DNA of 20,000 bases, taken from the IMG/VR virus record IMGVR_UViG_3300029288_000147. One strand, written 5' to 3'. The notes below the pieces were generated by a model. The model saw only the letters and a program-made list of their open reading frames with translations, made no database searches and was not told the origin of the DNA. Shown here one piece after another: positions 8,578 to 17,138 of the stretch (the first letter of the stretch is position 1; each line of letters opens with the position of its first letter). The position numbers were made by a program, and so were the translations under genes. Origin of the DNA: an uncultured virus (IMG/VR IMGVR_UViG_3300029288_000147) (taxonomy: Duplodnaviria > Heunggongvirae > Uroviricota > Caudoviricetes).

Positions 8578-8874
8578 TTACCTCCACCCATAATCTGTGT
8601 GTTTGTTCATGAAATATGCTATGTATATATTTTTTGGTACATCTACAGTGGCTCCACCCGAAACTATTGCATAAACTTTATCACCTAAAAATGGATCAAA
8701 ATCAACAACAGTATTTGCTGGTATTAAAAATCCATTTGTACTTGATGCATTACCATTAAAATTTACATATGCTGCCGCATCAACAGATAATTTTATTTCA
8801 TTGGCGTTTTGAGCATTTGAATGAGTTGGTAATTGAAACGTAGTTGATAAACTTGATGTAATTGCACCTGTCAT
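8578..8874 (-). CDS. hypothetical beta-rich protein (possible virion protein); coding frame extends upstream to 8916
   Basis: 98 aa from ATG 8874; 14 upstream in-frame codons (GRTIGIIIQGEWGF) resemble the N-terminus of 6822-7178. Confidence 0.75.
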   Translation of the reverse strand: MTGAITSSLSTTFQLPTHSNAQNANEIKLSVDAAAYVNFNGNASSTNGFLIPANTVVDFDPFLGDKVYAIVSGGATVDVPKNIYIAYFMNKHTDYGWR

Positions 8875-8916
8875 GAATCCCCATTCGCCTTGTATAATTA
8901 TTCCTATGGTTCGGCC

Positions 8917-9603
8917 CTACCTTTCTTTTATTTTTGATTTTTTTAATTTATCTTTGTATTCTTGCATTCTCGTATTTGCACCAATTAAGCCATATTTTTC
9001 TAACCACACTTGATATAATGATCTTCTATACATTCCATTTTTTTCACCTGAATTAGCCATTGAAATTTTATTTTTTGATTTTTCTAGATGTTTTTTACCT
9101 TTCATTGGTGATGGAACGCCGTACATAGGATTATTTTCACCTTTCATATCAGCATGATTTTGACTTATTTTAATCTTGTGGTCATTTGACAATTTTTTTC
9201 CTTTTAATCTTTTGCTCACGTTATCGCAAAATTGTTTTGATCTTTTTTTACCCCTTGATTTAAACTTAGGTTTACCTTTTAATGATTTACTTAAATTAAG
9301 AGATATTTTATCTATGTTTGGATTATTAGATAAAGTATCACCACCATTACCGCCTTTTGCTATATTATATCCTATTTTCTTATTTGTAGAATTTAATTCT
9401 TCTATCCAAAACATTTCTTTTTTGTTGAGTTCTTCTTCACTTTCACATAATTCTAATATAGATTTAGAAAAATAAGTTTTGCCATATTTTAATATAGCTT
9501 TATTTAATAATAATCCAGACCCTAAATAATCACAATTATTTTTTGAGTCTTTACCTATATATATTTTATTATTTATTAAATTTGTTGTCTTATATATTAT
9601 CAT
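8917..9603 (-). CDS. GIY-YIG (Seg-like) homing endonuclease with NUMOD3-type DNA-binding repeats
   Basis: IIYKTTNLINNKIYIG, YLGSG, KKEMFWI, GYNIAKGG; GENNPMYG and GEKNGMY repeats; lies directly downstream of tRNA-Ser. Confidence 0.92.
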   Translation of the reverse strand: MIIYKTTNLINNKIYIGKDSKNNCDYLGSGLLLNKAILKYGKTYFSKSILELCESEEELNKKEMFWIEELNSTNKKIGYNIAKGGNGGDTLSNNPNIDKISLNLSKSLKGKPKFKSRGKKRSKQFCDNVSKRLKGKKLSNDHKIKISQNHADMKGENNPMYGVPSPMKGKKHLEKSKNKISMANSGEKNGMYRRSLYQVWLEKYGLIGANTRMQEYKDKLKKSKIKER

Positions 9604-9633
9604 TTCATAAATTCAAAATTATAATATGATTTG

Positions 9634-9720
9634 CGGAAGGTACAGGATTCGAACCTGTGCAGGTGTAACCCTGGCCTCAGTTTAGCAAACTGGCACATTA
9701 CCGGCCTCTGTCAACCTTCC
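9634..9720 (-). tRNA. tRNA-Ser (anticodon GCT), CCA not encoded
   Basis: Acceptor GGAAGGT/ACCTTCC plus discriminator G; anticodon loop TTGCTAA; long variable arm; T arm ACAGG-TTCGAAT-CCTGT. Confidence 0.96.
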
Positions 9721-9726
9721 GTATTT

Positions 9727-9913
9727 TTAAATTTCACTTACGTTTAAAATTTTATAATCACCTGTTTCTGTATCAACTTCTAATTCAAACTTTACTTCAT
9801 ATAAAAGCATACTTAAAATTTTCCAATGCATGTTTTTCTAAACCTGCTTCTTCTCCATCTTCCCACATGCTATCTTTATCTGAATGAAGATATACAATTA
9901 TATTTTTTTTCAT
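9727..9913 (-). pseudogene. small (about 61-aa) protein gene with a single-base frameshift, absent from the ORF track
   Basis: MKKNIIVYLHSDKDSMWEDGEEAGLEKHALENFKYA, then in the +1 frame LYEVKFELEVDTETGDYKILNVSEI*; ATG overlaps the previous stop (ATGA); span is 187 nt = 62 codons + 1. Confidence 0.7.
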
Positions 9914-10203
9914 ATAGGCACCACATTAGTTAATTTTTTAAACCAACTTCCATTAATCTTAATTGATTTTTTATTTTCACTTATTTCTTCAACAATACCT
10001 TTTTTTAAATTATGACCATTTTCATGATCAAATCTATCTCTAGCCCATGCAGGTTTACATTTACTGATATAAATAACTTCTTGCCCAACATATATTTTCT
10101 TTCCATCAAAACCAATTACAAATGGTGAATAATCTAAGTGGGTCAATAAAACAATTTGATTATCCTTCATTTTCTTTTTCCGATCTAATACTAATATATG
10201 CAT
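9910..10203 (-). CDS. hypothetical protein, SH3-like beta barrel suspected
   Basis: IYVGQEVIYI...KKGIVEEI pattern; start probably the internal Met (MKDNQ). Confidence 0.7.
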   Translation of the reverse strand: MHILVLDRKKKMKDNQIVLLTHLDYSPFVIGFDGKKIYVGQEVIYISKCKPAWARDRFDHENGHNLKKGIVEEISENKKSIKINGSWFKKLTNVVPI

Positions 10204-10720
10204 TTAATCTTGCGATCATTGTAGCGAATGTTGGATCTTTTGAAAATATTGCATCACCCATAGAAACCCAATCACAATAATTTGTGTGTTCGCCATAATC
10301 TTTATCACTATTTAAACCATCACCAGTTCTTTGGAATCTTTCTTTATTTGTAACATCAACAGCAAATAAGAACATTGTCATATCAGAGAATTTTACTGGA
10401 TTAATTTCTCCTAATTTAACAAGTTCGTCTTTGCTTATTTCATAACCTGCTTCTTCTCTAACCTCTTTTATTGCTGTTTGTATTTCATCTTCATTATCAT
10501 CAACCATTCCTGTTAATGCTGTAAGTTGAATGTCATCAAAATGACAAGGAACCTTTTCAAAAGAACCTAATATAGGTGTTTCTTTATCATTTCTATAAAC
10601 TAAAACTGCAACTACTTTACTATTACACTTGTGTTCATGAGCATATTCATACCCATCAAAATCATATATCGACAAATAATTTCCTTTAAATAATAAACTC
10701 CCTTTTTTATCTTCTTCCAT
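10160..10720 (-). CDS. Nudix hydrolase
   Basis: Nudix box GMVDDNEDEIQTAIKEVREEAGY (K in place of the usual R). Confidence 0.92.
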   Translation of the reverse strand: MEEDKKGSLLFKGNYLSIYDFDGYEYAHEHKCNSKVVAVLVYRNDKETPILGSFEKVPCHFDDIQLTALTGMVDDNEDEIQTAIKEVREEAGYEISKDELVKLGEINPVKFSDMTMFLFAVDVTNKERFQRTGDGLNSDKDYGEHTNYCDWVSMGDAIFSKDPTFATMIARLNAYISIRSEKENEG

Positions 10721-10730
10721 ATAAATCCTT

Positions 10731-10940
10731 TCATAAAATTTGTATGTCTTCCTTTAATACCCAAAACGATTTATTCTTATCTTCTAAATATATTCGATAT
10801 GAATCTTCATTATTTTTATCATTGATTTTTACTTTTTTTCCTCTTGGAATAAATTCATCATCAAATATAACATCATGTGACAATTTAACAATTTGACCTA
10901 TATCTATAATTACCTTTTTTTTCCTTCCTCTTTTTGCCAT
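10731..10940 (-). CDS. small basic protein, SH3/KOW-like
   Basis: AAGGAGG SD; MAKRGRKKK N-terminus; IGQIVKL...FWVLKEDIQIL. Confidence 0.8.
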   Translation of the reverse strand: MAKRGRKKKVIIDIGQIVKLSHDVIFDDEFIPRGKKVKINDKNNEDSYRIYLEDKNKSFWVLKEDIQIL

Positions 10941-11039
10941 TAATCCCTCCTTATTTCAATATTAGATTAATGGTTATAATATAACTTATTAATTTGTCTT
11001 ATGGAAATGAATTAAATTTAATAAAAACATTAATTTATA

Positions 11040-11231
11040 TTAACTTATTTCAATTTCTTCTTGTTTAAGCCAAAAATAGTGATTGTTTACGTTTATTTCA
11101 AATAAATCATCCTCTTCATCAATTGTTACAACTTCATATAATTCATTATTATACTCAAAATCTTCATATGATTCTTTTATAAAATCAACACCTAAATTAT
11201 TAAGTCTAACCATAGTACCTGTAGATATCAT
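11040..11231 (-). CDS. small acidic protein, SH3/KOW-like
   Basis: AGAGGA SD; TGTMVRL...FWLKQEEIEI. Confidence 0.75.
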   Translation of the reverse strand: MISTGTMVRLNNLGVDFIKESYEDFEYNNELYEVVTIDEEDDLFEINVNNHYFWLKQEEIEIS

Positions 11232-11234
11232 ATA

Positions 11235-11543
11235 TTATCCTCTTTTTTTCTTCTTTTTTGATTTATTTTCTTCTGGTTCACTATTTACTATTGTCGTTGT
11301 TTCATCACATGACTGATTATTTAATTTAATAGAAGCCCATGCTGCTGTTACCTTTGAACCGAAAACATATGTCAATATTGCACTTAATGTCAACATCATA
11401 TTTGGTTGTATATCATTACCTTTTAACCATATCATAATAGCAACAATTAATAACACAATAAAAGTTATTCTTCCAATTGAAAGCTTCGTCATATCACTAT
11501 CTTGATACAGAATACCAAGTATTTGCTTGATTATTGATTTCAT
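11235..11543 (-). CDS. putative holin-like membrane protein
   Basis: Two hydrophobic segments and a highly basic C-terminus (KSKKKKKRG); function inferred from architecture only. Confidence 0.55.
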   Translation of the reverse strand: MKSIIKQILGILYQDSDMTKLSIGRITFIVLLIVAIMIWLKGNDIQPNMMLTLSAILTYVFGSKVTAAWASIKLNNQSCDETTTIVNSEPEENKSKKKKKRG

Positions 11544-11597
11544 ATTTTAGTCCTCAAAATTAATCTGGGTGTAAATATATATATTCTGGGATTAAAA

Positions 11598-12203
11598 TTA
11601 CATATATCGTGTATATTCTGTTACAACACTTACAAAAGAAGGCACTGAACTTGCTGTAACATAATCAACTCTAAAATAAACCCAATTATTAGAAGTAACA
11701 CTATAAGTTGCAAAATTACTTTGAGTGTATACAGATCCACCACTAAAATGATACGCGAGTGATTTACCATAAAATGAAGATGATAATATGTATGATTCAG
11801 TACCATTGTCAATTGGGGTTGTATTATATAATATTGACCAAGTTAAATTTACAGGACTTGGTCCACTTGGGTAAACTGCAAATCTATTAATATGATTATA
11901 TGGATCTGAATTATAAAATAATGGTTGAATTGCTCCATTATACATACTATGTGATAGAATTGTTGCACAATTTATTACTGACGATGTTAAAAAGTGTCTT
12001 GAAACAGATTCTGATACTGCACTATCAAATTGTATTATTGTTTCTACCCTTATTCCATCAGCATTATTCCATTGTTTCCATTCTTCTGTTGGCGCACCAT
12101 CTGATCCACTTTTATTTGGTTCTGTTACAGTTAATGTGTTTGTTATTGATGCATCGTTACATATATATGCTGATATAACTGTTGATTCTCTAATGTCTCC
12201 CAT
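11598..12203 (-). CDS. putative virion structural protein (Ser/Thr-rich, beta-rich)
   Basis: AAGGAG SD; low-Lys, S/T/V/Y-rich composition like the capsid protein; first gene after the capsid-associated endonuclease. Confidence 0.65.
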   Translation of the reverse strand: MGDIRESTVISAYICNDASITNTLTVTEPNKSGSDGAPTEEWKQWNNADGIRVETIIQFDSAVSESVSRHFLTSSVINCATILSHSMYNGAIQPLFYNSDPYNHINRFAVYPSGPSPVNLTWSILYNTTPIDNGTESYILSSSFYGKSLAYHFSGGSVYTQSNFATYSVTSNNWVYFRVDYVTASSVPSFVSVVTEYTRYM

Positions 12204-12278
12204 TTTATTTCTCCTTGTATATTACTTTGATTTCTATTATAAATATATAGATTTTTTATAAAATGACAATAAATCAAT

Positions 12279-14018
12279 CTAGAATGATTGAATAAATTTT
12301 AATTGTCCTGCATCATAAATAGTTGTAAAATTATTATCTTTCATTATTTGTGATTCTGTTTTATTTTTATCATATCCTTTTTTTACAAGTTTATATTTAG
12401 CATATTTATATCTGTGTTCTCTAATTGGTGTTCTATTACATTTATTAATATAGAAATATCCAGGATTACCCTTAGATATTAATGACATGCCAATTTTATC
12501 ATAAATATTATTAAAACAATTCGTGTATCTTCTATCAGCATATGAAATAATTGATACTGGACTATATAACCTTATAAATGTTTTATATAGCTTAGATCCT
12601 ATTCCAATACATCTATATTTAAAATTTGTTGCAAATCTTAATAATTCATATTCTCCATCATTTGATGAATTATATATAAATTTTCTATTTCTTCTTAATG
12701 TAAACGTCATGACTGATACTAATTCATTATTGTAAAATGCGCCAAAATTTATATTCGTATTTGATTTACCTTGTAAATGAAATTTATTCATAAATTCGTT
12801 AGATGTTTTTGAGCTAATGCATTTTATCTCGCAATTTCTTGCGTATATCTTTATTCCATCGTTGACATCTAATATATTTTTTAATCTATTTTTTACAATA
12901 TCTTTTTTATTTAACCACTCATCTTCAAATATTTGAATTAATTTTATATTATTTTTTTCACATAATTCTAATTTATTCTTATGATAATTTTTGTTTTTAT
13001 ATTCGCTGCTATGCCAATATAATCCATTATATTCTATTGCAATTTTTTTATCTGGTATATATATATCCAATTCATTATTTATTATAACATTTCTTACATT
13101 CCTTCTAATATTAATGTCTAAATTTTCAATAAATTCTGCAACTTCGTTTTCAGCATTAGAAACAAATACCGGTAATTTTGTGTTGTTCCAATATGCAATA
13201 GATTGTTTTTCCTTACTCTTTCTTGATAATATATCAGTTATATTGTATTCATTTTTTATTTGTTCTATACTTTTGCTATGAGTAGCAGCATGTGAATTTG
13301 TCAATCTTTTTAATTTTTTACCACAAATTGGGCAATTTATATAATTGTCTTTAGATGAACTTAACGAATTATATGTTTTTATCTTTTTCATTTGTGAGCT
13401 TAGTGCTAATTTGATAGAATCTATTCGCCCAAATTTATTAATAAATTCTTCAATAGTTGTTTTATGGTATTTTGTTATGTGGGTGGTAAACATTCCAGAT
13501 CTATTATTAATATCTATTGTTTCCCACTTGCACAACGGACACTTTAATGTTGGCAGTACATTATTATCGATTTTCTTAAAATATTTATTATAGTCCTTTA
13601 TTGATATATTATGTATATTGAACAAATGCTTTGTTAGCGCGCCAGATTTATTATTAAAATCTAAAAATTTTTCACCACATAAATTACAAATTAATATATT
13701 TTTGGTCATAGATATTCTTGATGATTTTGAATTTAAACCATTACCAGATATATTTTTATTATGTTTGTTATGCTTACTAATACATTTTTTATCATTACAA
13801 TATTTTTTGAATATATTATCTATATTATTTTCTTTAAAATTACTACAACATTTGAATTGAGCATTTTTGGTTTTGCAATATGAACATTTTGGCCATTTGT
13901 CGTTTAAATAATATTTTACATAATAATTAGGGAAATTAATCAGGTGTGAATTTCTTATATGTTTTGATAAACCCATATTGTTTTTAAATAATTTGTTGCA
14001 AATTTTACATTTTACCAT
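12279..14018 (-). CDS. Hef-like homing endonuclease: multiple C2H2 zinc fingers, Vsr/PD-(D/E)xK-like nuclease and C-terminal GNAT-like domain
   Basis: CKIC..HIRNSH, CNLC..HLFNIH, CPLC..HITKYH, CPIC..HAATH; ELDIYIPDKKIAIEYNGLYWHS; LIQIFEDEW; YELLRFA...GIGSKL...IISYADRR. Confidence 0.85.
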   Translation of the reverse strand: MVKCKICNKLFKNNMGLSKHIRNSHLINFPNYYVKYYLNDKWPKCSYCKTKNAQFKCCSNFKENNIDNIFKKYCNDKKCISKHNKHNKNISGNGLNSKSSRISMTKNILICNLCGEKFLDFNNKSGALTKHLFNIHNISIKDYNKYFKKIDNNVLPTLKCPLCKWETIDINNRSGMFTTHITKYHKTTIEEFINKFGRIDSIKLALSSQMKKIKTYNSLSSSKDNYINCPICGKKLKRLTNSHAATHSKSIEQIKNEYNITDILSRKSKEKQSIAYWNNTKLPVFVSNAENEVAEFIENLDINIRRNVRNVIINNELDIYIPDKKIAIEYNGLYWHSSEYKNKNYHKNKLELCEKNNIKLIQIFEDEWLNKKDIVKNRLKNILDVNDGIKIYARNCEIKCISSKTSNEFMNKFHLQGKSNTNINFGAFYNNELVSVMTFTLRRNRKFIYNSSNDGEYELLRFATNFKYRCIGIGSKLYKTFIRLYSPVSIISYADRRYTNCFNNIYDKIGMSLISKGNPGYFYINKCNRTPIREHRYKYAKYKLVKKGYDKNKTESQIMKDNNFTTIYDAGQLKFIQSF

Positions 14019-14064
14019 TTTTCATAATCCTTTTTTTGGCTATTTATATATAAATATAATGATA

Positions 14065-14094
14065 AATAAAAAAGGTCATCTTTCGATGACCTTT
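14065..14094 (-). terminator. rho-independent terminator after the major capsid gene
   Basis: Minus strand AAAGGTCATC-GAAA-GATGACCTTT followed by TTTATTT. Confidence 0.9.
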
Positions 14095-14116
14095 ATTTAT
14101 AAATGTTTGTTATTAA

Positions 14117-15829
14117 TTAATTAACAAGTATACTATTATACATGTCTCTTACAATAACACAACCATAAAATTCTGGACGAACTGTCTTTGTTGCATAGCG
14201 TGTCATGATGCCTTTGCGGGGTTGGAAATTATCTGGATCCAAGACAGTTGGTGTAAGAATCAATGGGACATATGGAGCGTAAACAAATCCGTTTTCCAAG
14301 AATGTTGATCCACGATAACCTATAAGAATCTTATTTGTTTGGAAATAAGGATCCTTATATACAGTCCAACGACCTGATAATGTACCGACCTTTTCGATAC
14401 CAAGACTATACTTAACTTCTTTTTCATCCATTGTCATAATTGGTCTGAATGAATGAGTTGCTTCCAACATTGTGCAAATTTCAGGCGATGTTACGATGAA
14501 GTTTGCTGCACCTCTCAATGTTTTCTTATGAATTCTGTTTGATGCATAAAGAAGAGTTTCATTCAACGTTTGATACCAATCTTGTTGTGTACCATAGAAT
14601 GTACCAGCACTTATTGTAGCACCAGTTTCTGGATTTACAAAGTTACCAAGATTTCTGCTCCAATAGAATGGATTTGTTTGGATACCGTTGTGAAGAAGTT
14701 CATCAATAATTTCGCGGTCAATTTCAAGAGAAATTTGATCTGCTAACATTGATGTTAATTCTGCTTCTGCATCGATATCATGATAAGCTGCCAAGTCTTG
14801 TTGAATTTCTGGAGTCCATTCTGATTTAAGCTTACGAGTTCCAGCATTAACGTTTTCTCTCTTGACTTTAAGGTTTAATTCTGGAATTGGATCAGTACCT
14901 GTTCCAGTTTGACCAATTTCGAAGTCACCACGGAATGATTCAGTTGTTGCACGAATCCATGATGCTGAAATATTAGAATACAAGCTTGTATCAAATGTAC
15001 TGTTTCCAGATACAATAAATGTAATAGCTGAATTTGCGGCATCATATCTTGTAAAGTTTCTATATTGTTTGAATATAGGATCACTTCCAACTGAATATAA
15101 TGATATTGCTCCAACTTTTGTTGTGTCAATATTACTCATTGATGAAACTGGAACTGAGATTTTCTTAAGACCATATGAACTTCCAGCCTGGCCATCTCTA
15201 CCTATTGATGATGATAATGATGCGTCATAATCTACATCTGCCCATGATGCTGATTTATAATAATTACTTGTATTTGCTATTGTATTAACACCTGATACAA
15301 ATGGGCCAACAGTTCCACTTAAGAAGTTTCTTGTGTATGAATAATTGACACCACCATAATATCCACCTGCTGGCTGACCTGATGATGATGTATTACCATA
15401 TACTGATTCTCCTACTGATCTTTTATCTTTATCCCATCCACTTCCAGATGCTGTTCCAAATTGGAAGTCAAGATAGAATACAAGACCAGAAGGAAGGTTC
15501 ATTGGTTGAACAGAAACAATTTCATTTGCTAAAAGATTCGCAAATACCTTGCGGACTAATGGCAATGCAACGTTTGACCAACCTTCAAATCCTGTTGAAG
15601 ATTGTGTCATTGTACCTTCAGCAAGATATGATTTTGATGTTTTAATCTCTCTCAATTGATTTTCAAGAAGAGTTGCCATATTTCTCTTTGAGCGACCCTT
15701 TAACCCTTCAAGAAGACCTGTTTTTTCCCAACTTGCTGTAATTTGATCCGTTATTATTCTTTGTCTAGGATCTTCTAAATTTGCAAGTTGTTCAGAGATT
15801 AAAGATTCCATTACTAATTCTTTTCCCAT
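14117..15829 (-). CDS. gp23: T4 gp23-like major capsid protein
   Basis: LLENQ, PLVRKVF, VSVQPMNLPSGLVF, TRKLKSEWTPE, QDLAAYH, EIDREI, YAPYVPL, FQPRKGIMTRYA. Confidence 0.97.
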   Translation of the reverse strand: MGKELVMESLISEQLANLEDPRQRIITDQITASWEKTGLLEGLKGRSKRNMATLLENQLREIKTSKSYLAEGTMTQSSTGFEGWSNVALPLVRKVFANLLANEIVSVQPMNLPSGLVFYLDFQFGTASGSGWDKDKRSVGESVYGNTSSSGQPAGGYYGGVNYSYTRNFLSGTVGPFVSGVNTIANTSNYYKSASWADVDYDASLSSSIGRDGQAGSSYGLKKISVPVSSMSNIDTTKVGAISLYSVGSDPIFKQYRNFTRYDAANSAITFIVSGNSTFDTSLYSNISASWIRATTESFRGDFEIGQTGTGTDPIPELNLKVKRENVNAGTRKLKSEWTPEIQQDLAAYHDIDAEAELTSMLADQISLEIDREIIDELLHNGIQTNPFYWSRNLGNFVNPETGATISAGTFYGTQQDWYQTLNETLLYASNRIHKKTLRGAANFIVTSPEICTMLEATHSFRPIMTMDEKEVKYSLGIEKVGTLSGRWTVYKDPYFQTNKILIGYRGSTFLENGFVYAPYVPLILTPTVLDPDNFQPRKGIMTRYATKTVRPEFYGCVIVRDMYNSILVN

Positions 15830-15872
15830 ATTTCTTTTTTACCTCTTATAATTTTTTAATGTTAAGATTTGC

Positions 15873-16964
15873 TTACTTACTTTCGTTTAAATTTGCCAAT
15901 TTTTTCCATGTTTGTAATCTTTGTGGTGTAATAATTTGATCTCTTAATGATGTTACTGTTTCATTAAGTTGATCTTTATTACTATCTAATTTGATTGATT
16001 CTGTGAGCTTCTTTACATTTTTGCTGCTACCATTTGATCTATTACGTAGCATTTTGAATGATTCGTTGAGGCTCTTGTGTACAAGTCTTGTTTCTTGAAT
16101 TGTATTAGCTTCATCAAGTCTCTCAATTACCATTAACTTTTCTGGTTTAGTTAATGAATAATTACTCATAAGAGAATACGCGTATGCTAATTTAGCATTC
16201 ATAAGTGCTGTTTCATTAAGTTTCTTGTGAAGAATCTTAGCTGATCTGTTGACTTCATGCAATTTCGTTTTCAATCTACTATTTTCAATTCTTAATGACT
16301 TCAATTCTCTAACAGGAAGCATTCTGCTTCTTGGCTTTCTGTTAATTGTTTCATTAATTTTATTAATAATTTCGTTGATTTCTTCATCTTCATCACCTGG
16401 CTCTTCATCACCAAGATCTGGGTAGACTTCATCACCATCTGGTTCTTCATGATCTTCCATGTCTTCATCTTGTTCAGGAACGATATCTTCTTTTTCATCA
16501 CCAAAATCAGAAATTTCATCTTCTCCAGAAAGTTCTTCTGTACCACTTTCATCACCAAGATCTTCTATTTCTTCTTCATCATCTTGTTCAGAAATTGATG
16601 AAAGAATTTCTTCTAATTCTTTATCATCTTCTTCATCACTTGGTTCTTCTAAATTCATTTCTTCATCTTCTTCGTTCATGTCATCTTTTTCTTCATAATC
16701 TTCTAAATCTTCAGCCTCATTTGTTGAAGTCGGAATACTTTGATTCAATGGTTCCCCTTCCTTCTCTGAATCCTTATCAGCGTCAGCTGGACTACCAATG
16801 GTATCTTCTGTTTCGCTAATATTCTTTGTAAGGATTCTTCTAATAGATGGTTGGAACGCTTCCGCCAACATGGCCTTTGCTTGATTGATTGAAACTTTTT
16901 TTATAAGTTCTGCATCTTCGATGAGTTTCTTATAATTCGCGTCGACTTTGTTTTTGTTAGCCAT
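15873..16964 (-). CDS. prohead scaffold/core protein (gp22-like position and composition)
   Basis: Very acidic central region, coiled coils, many L/I-x-E sites; immediately upstream of the capsid gene; AGAGG SD. Confidence 0.8.
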   Translation of the reverse strand: MANKNKVDANYKKLIEDAELIKKVSINQAKAMLAEAFQPSIRRILTKNISETEDTIGSPADADKDSEKEGEPLNQSIPTSTNEAEDLEDYEEKDDMNEEDEEMNLEEPSDEEDDKELEEILSSISEQDDEEEIEDLGDESGTEELSGEDEISDFGDEKEDIVPEQDEDMEDHEEPDGDEVYPDLGDEEPGDEDEEINEIINKINETINRKPRSRMLPVRELKSLRIENSRLKTKLHEVNRSAKILHKKLNETALMNAKLAYAYSLMSNYSLTKPEKLMVIERLDEANTIQETRLVHKSLNESFKMLRNRSNGSSKNVKKLTESIKLDSNKDQLNETVTSLRDQIITPQRLQTWKKLANLNESK

Positions 16965-17057
16965 GTGTTTTACCTCTTGTTTAAGTTTAAATTTTACAAA
17001 ATAGATTTTATACTATGTCATTAATAAATATAACATTTTTCAGAAAAATCACAAAAA

Positions 17058-17092
17058 TAAAAAAAAATAAGATCATATGTGATCTTATTTTT
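17058..17092 (-). terminator. AT-rich hairpin plus U-tract, probable terminator
   Basis: Minus strand AAAAATAAGATCA-CATA-TGATCTTATTTTTTTTTT downstream of 17139-17546. Confidence 0.7.
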
Positions 17093-17138
17093 ATAAAGTT
17101 ATATTATATATTATTTTAATTTTTTATTTCATTTTTGT

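Noticed and set aside
8875..9633. Group I intron hosting the GIY-YIG gene
   Set aside because: Only about 30-40 nt flank the ORF on each side, with no room or motifs for a ribozyme core and no upstream exon
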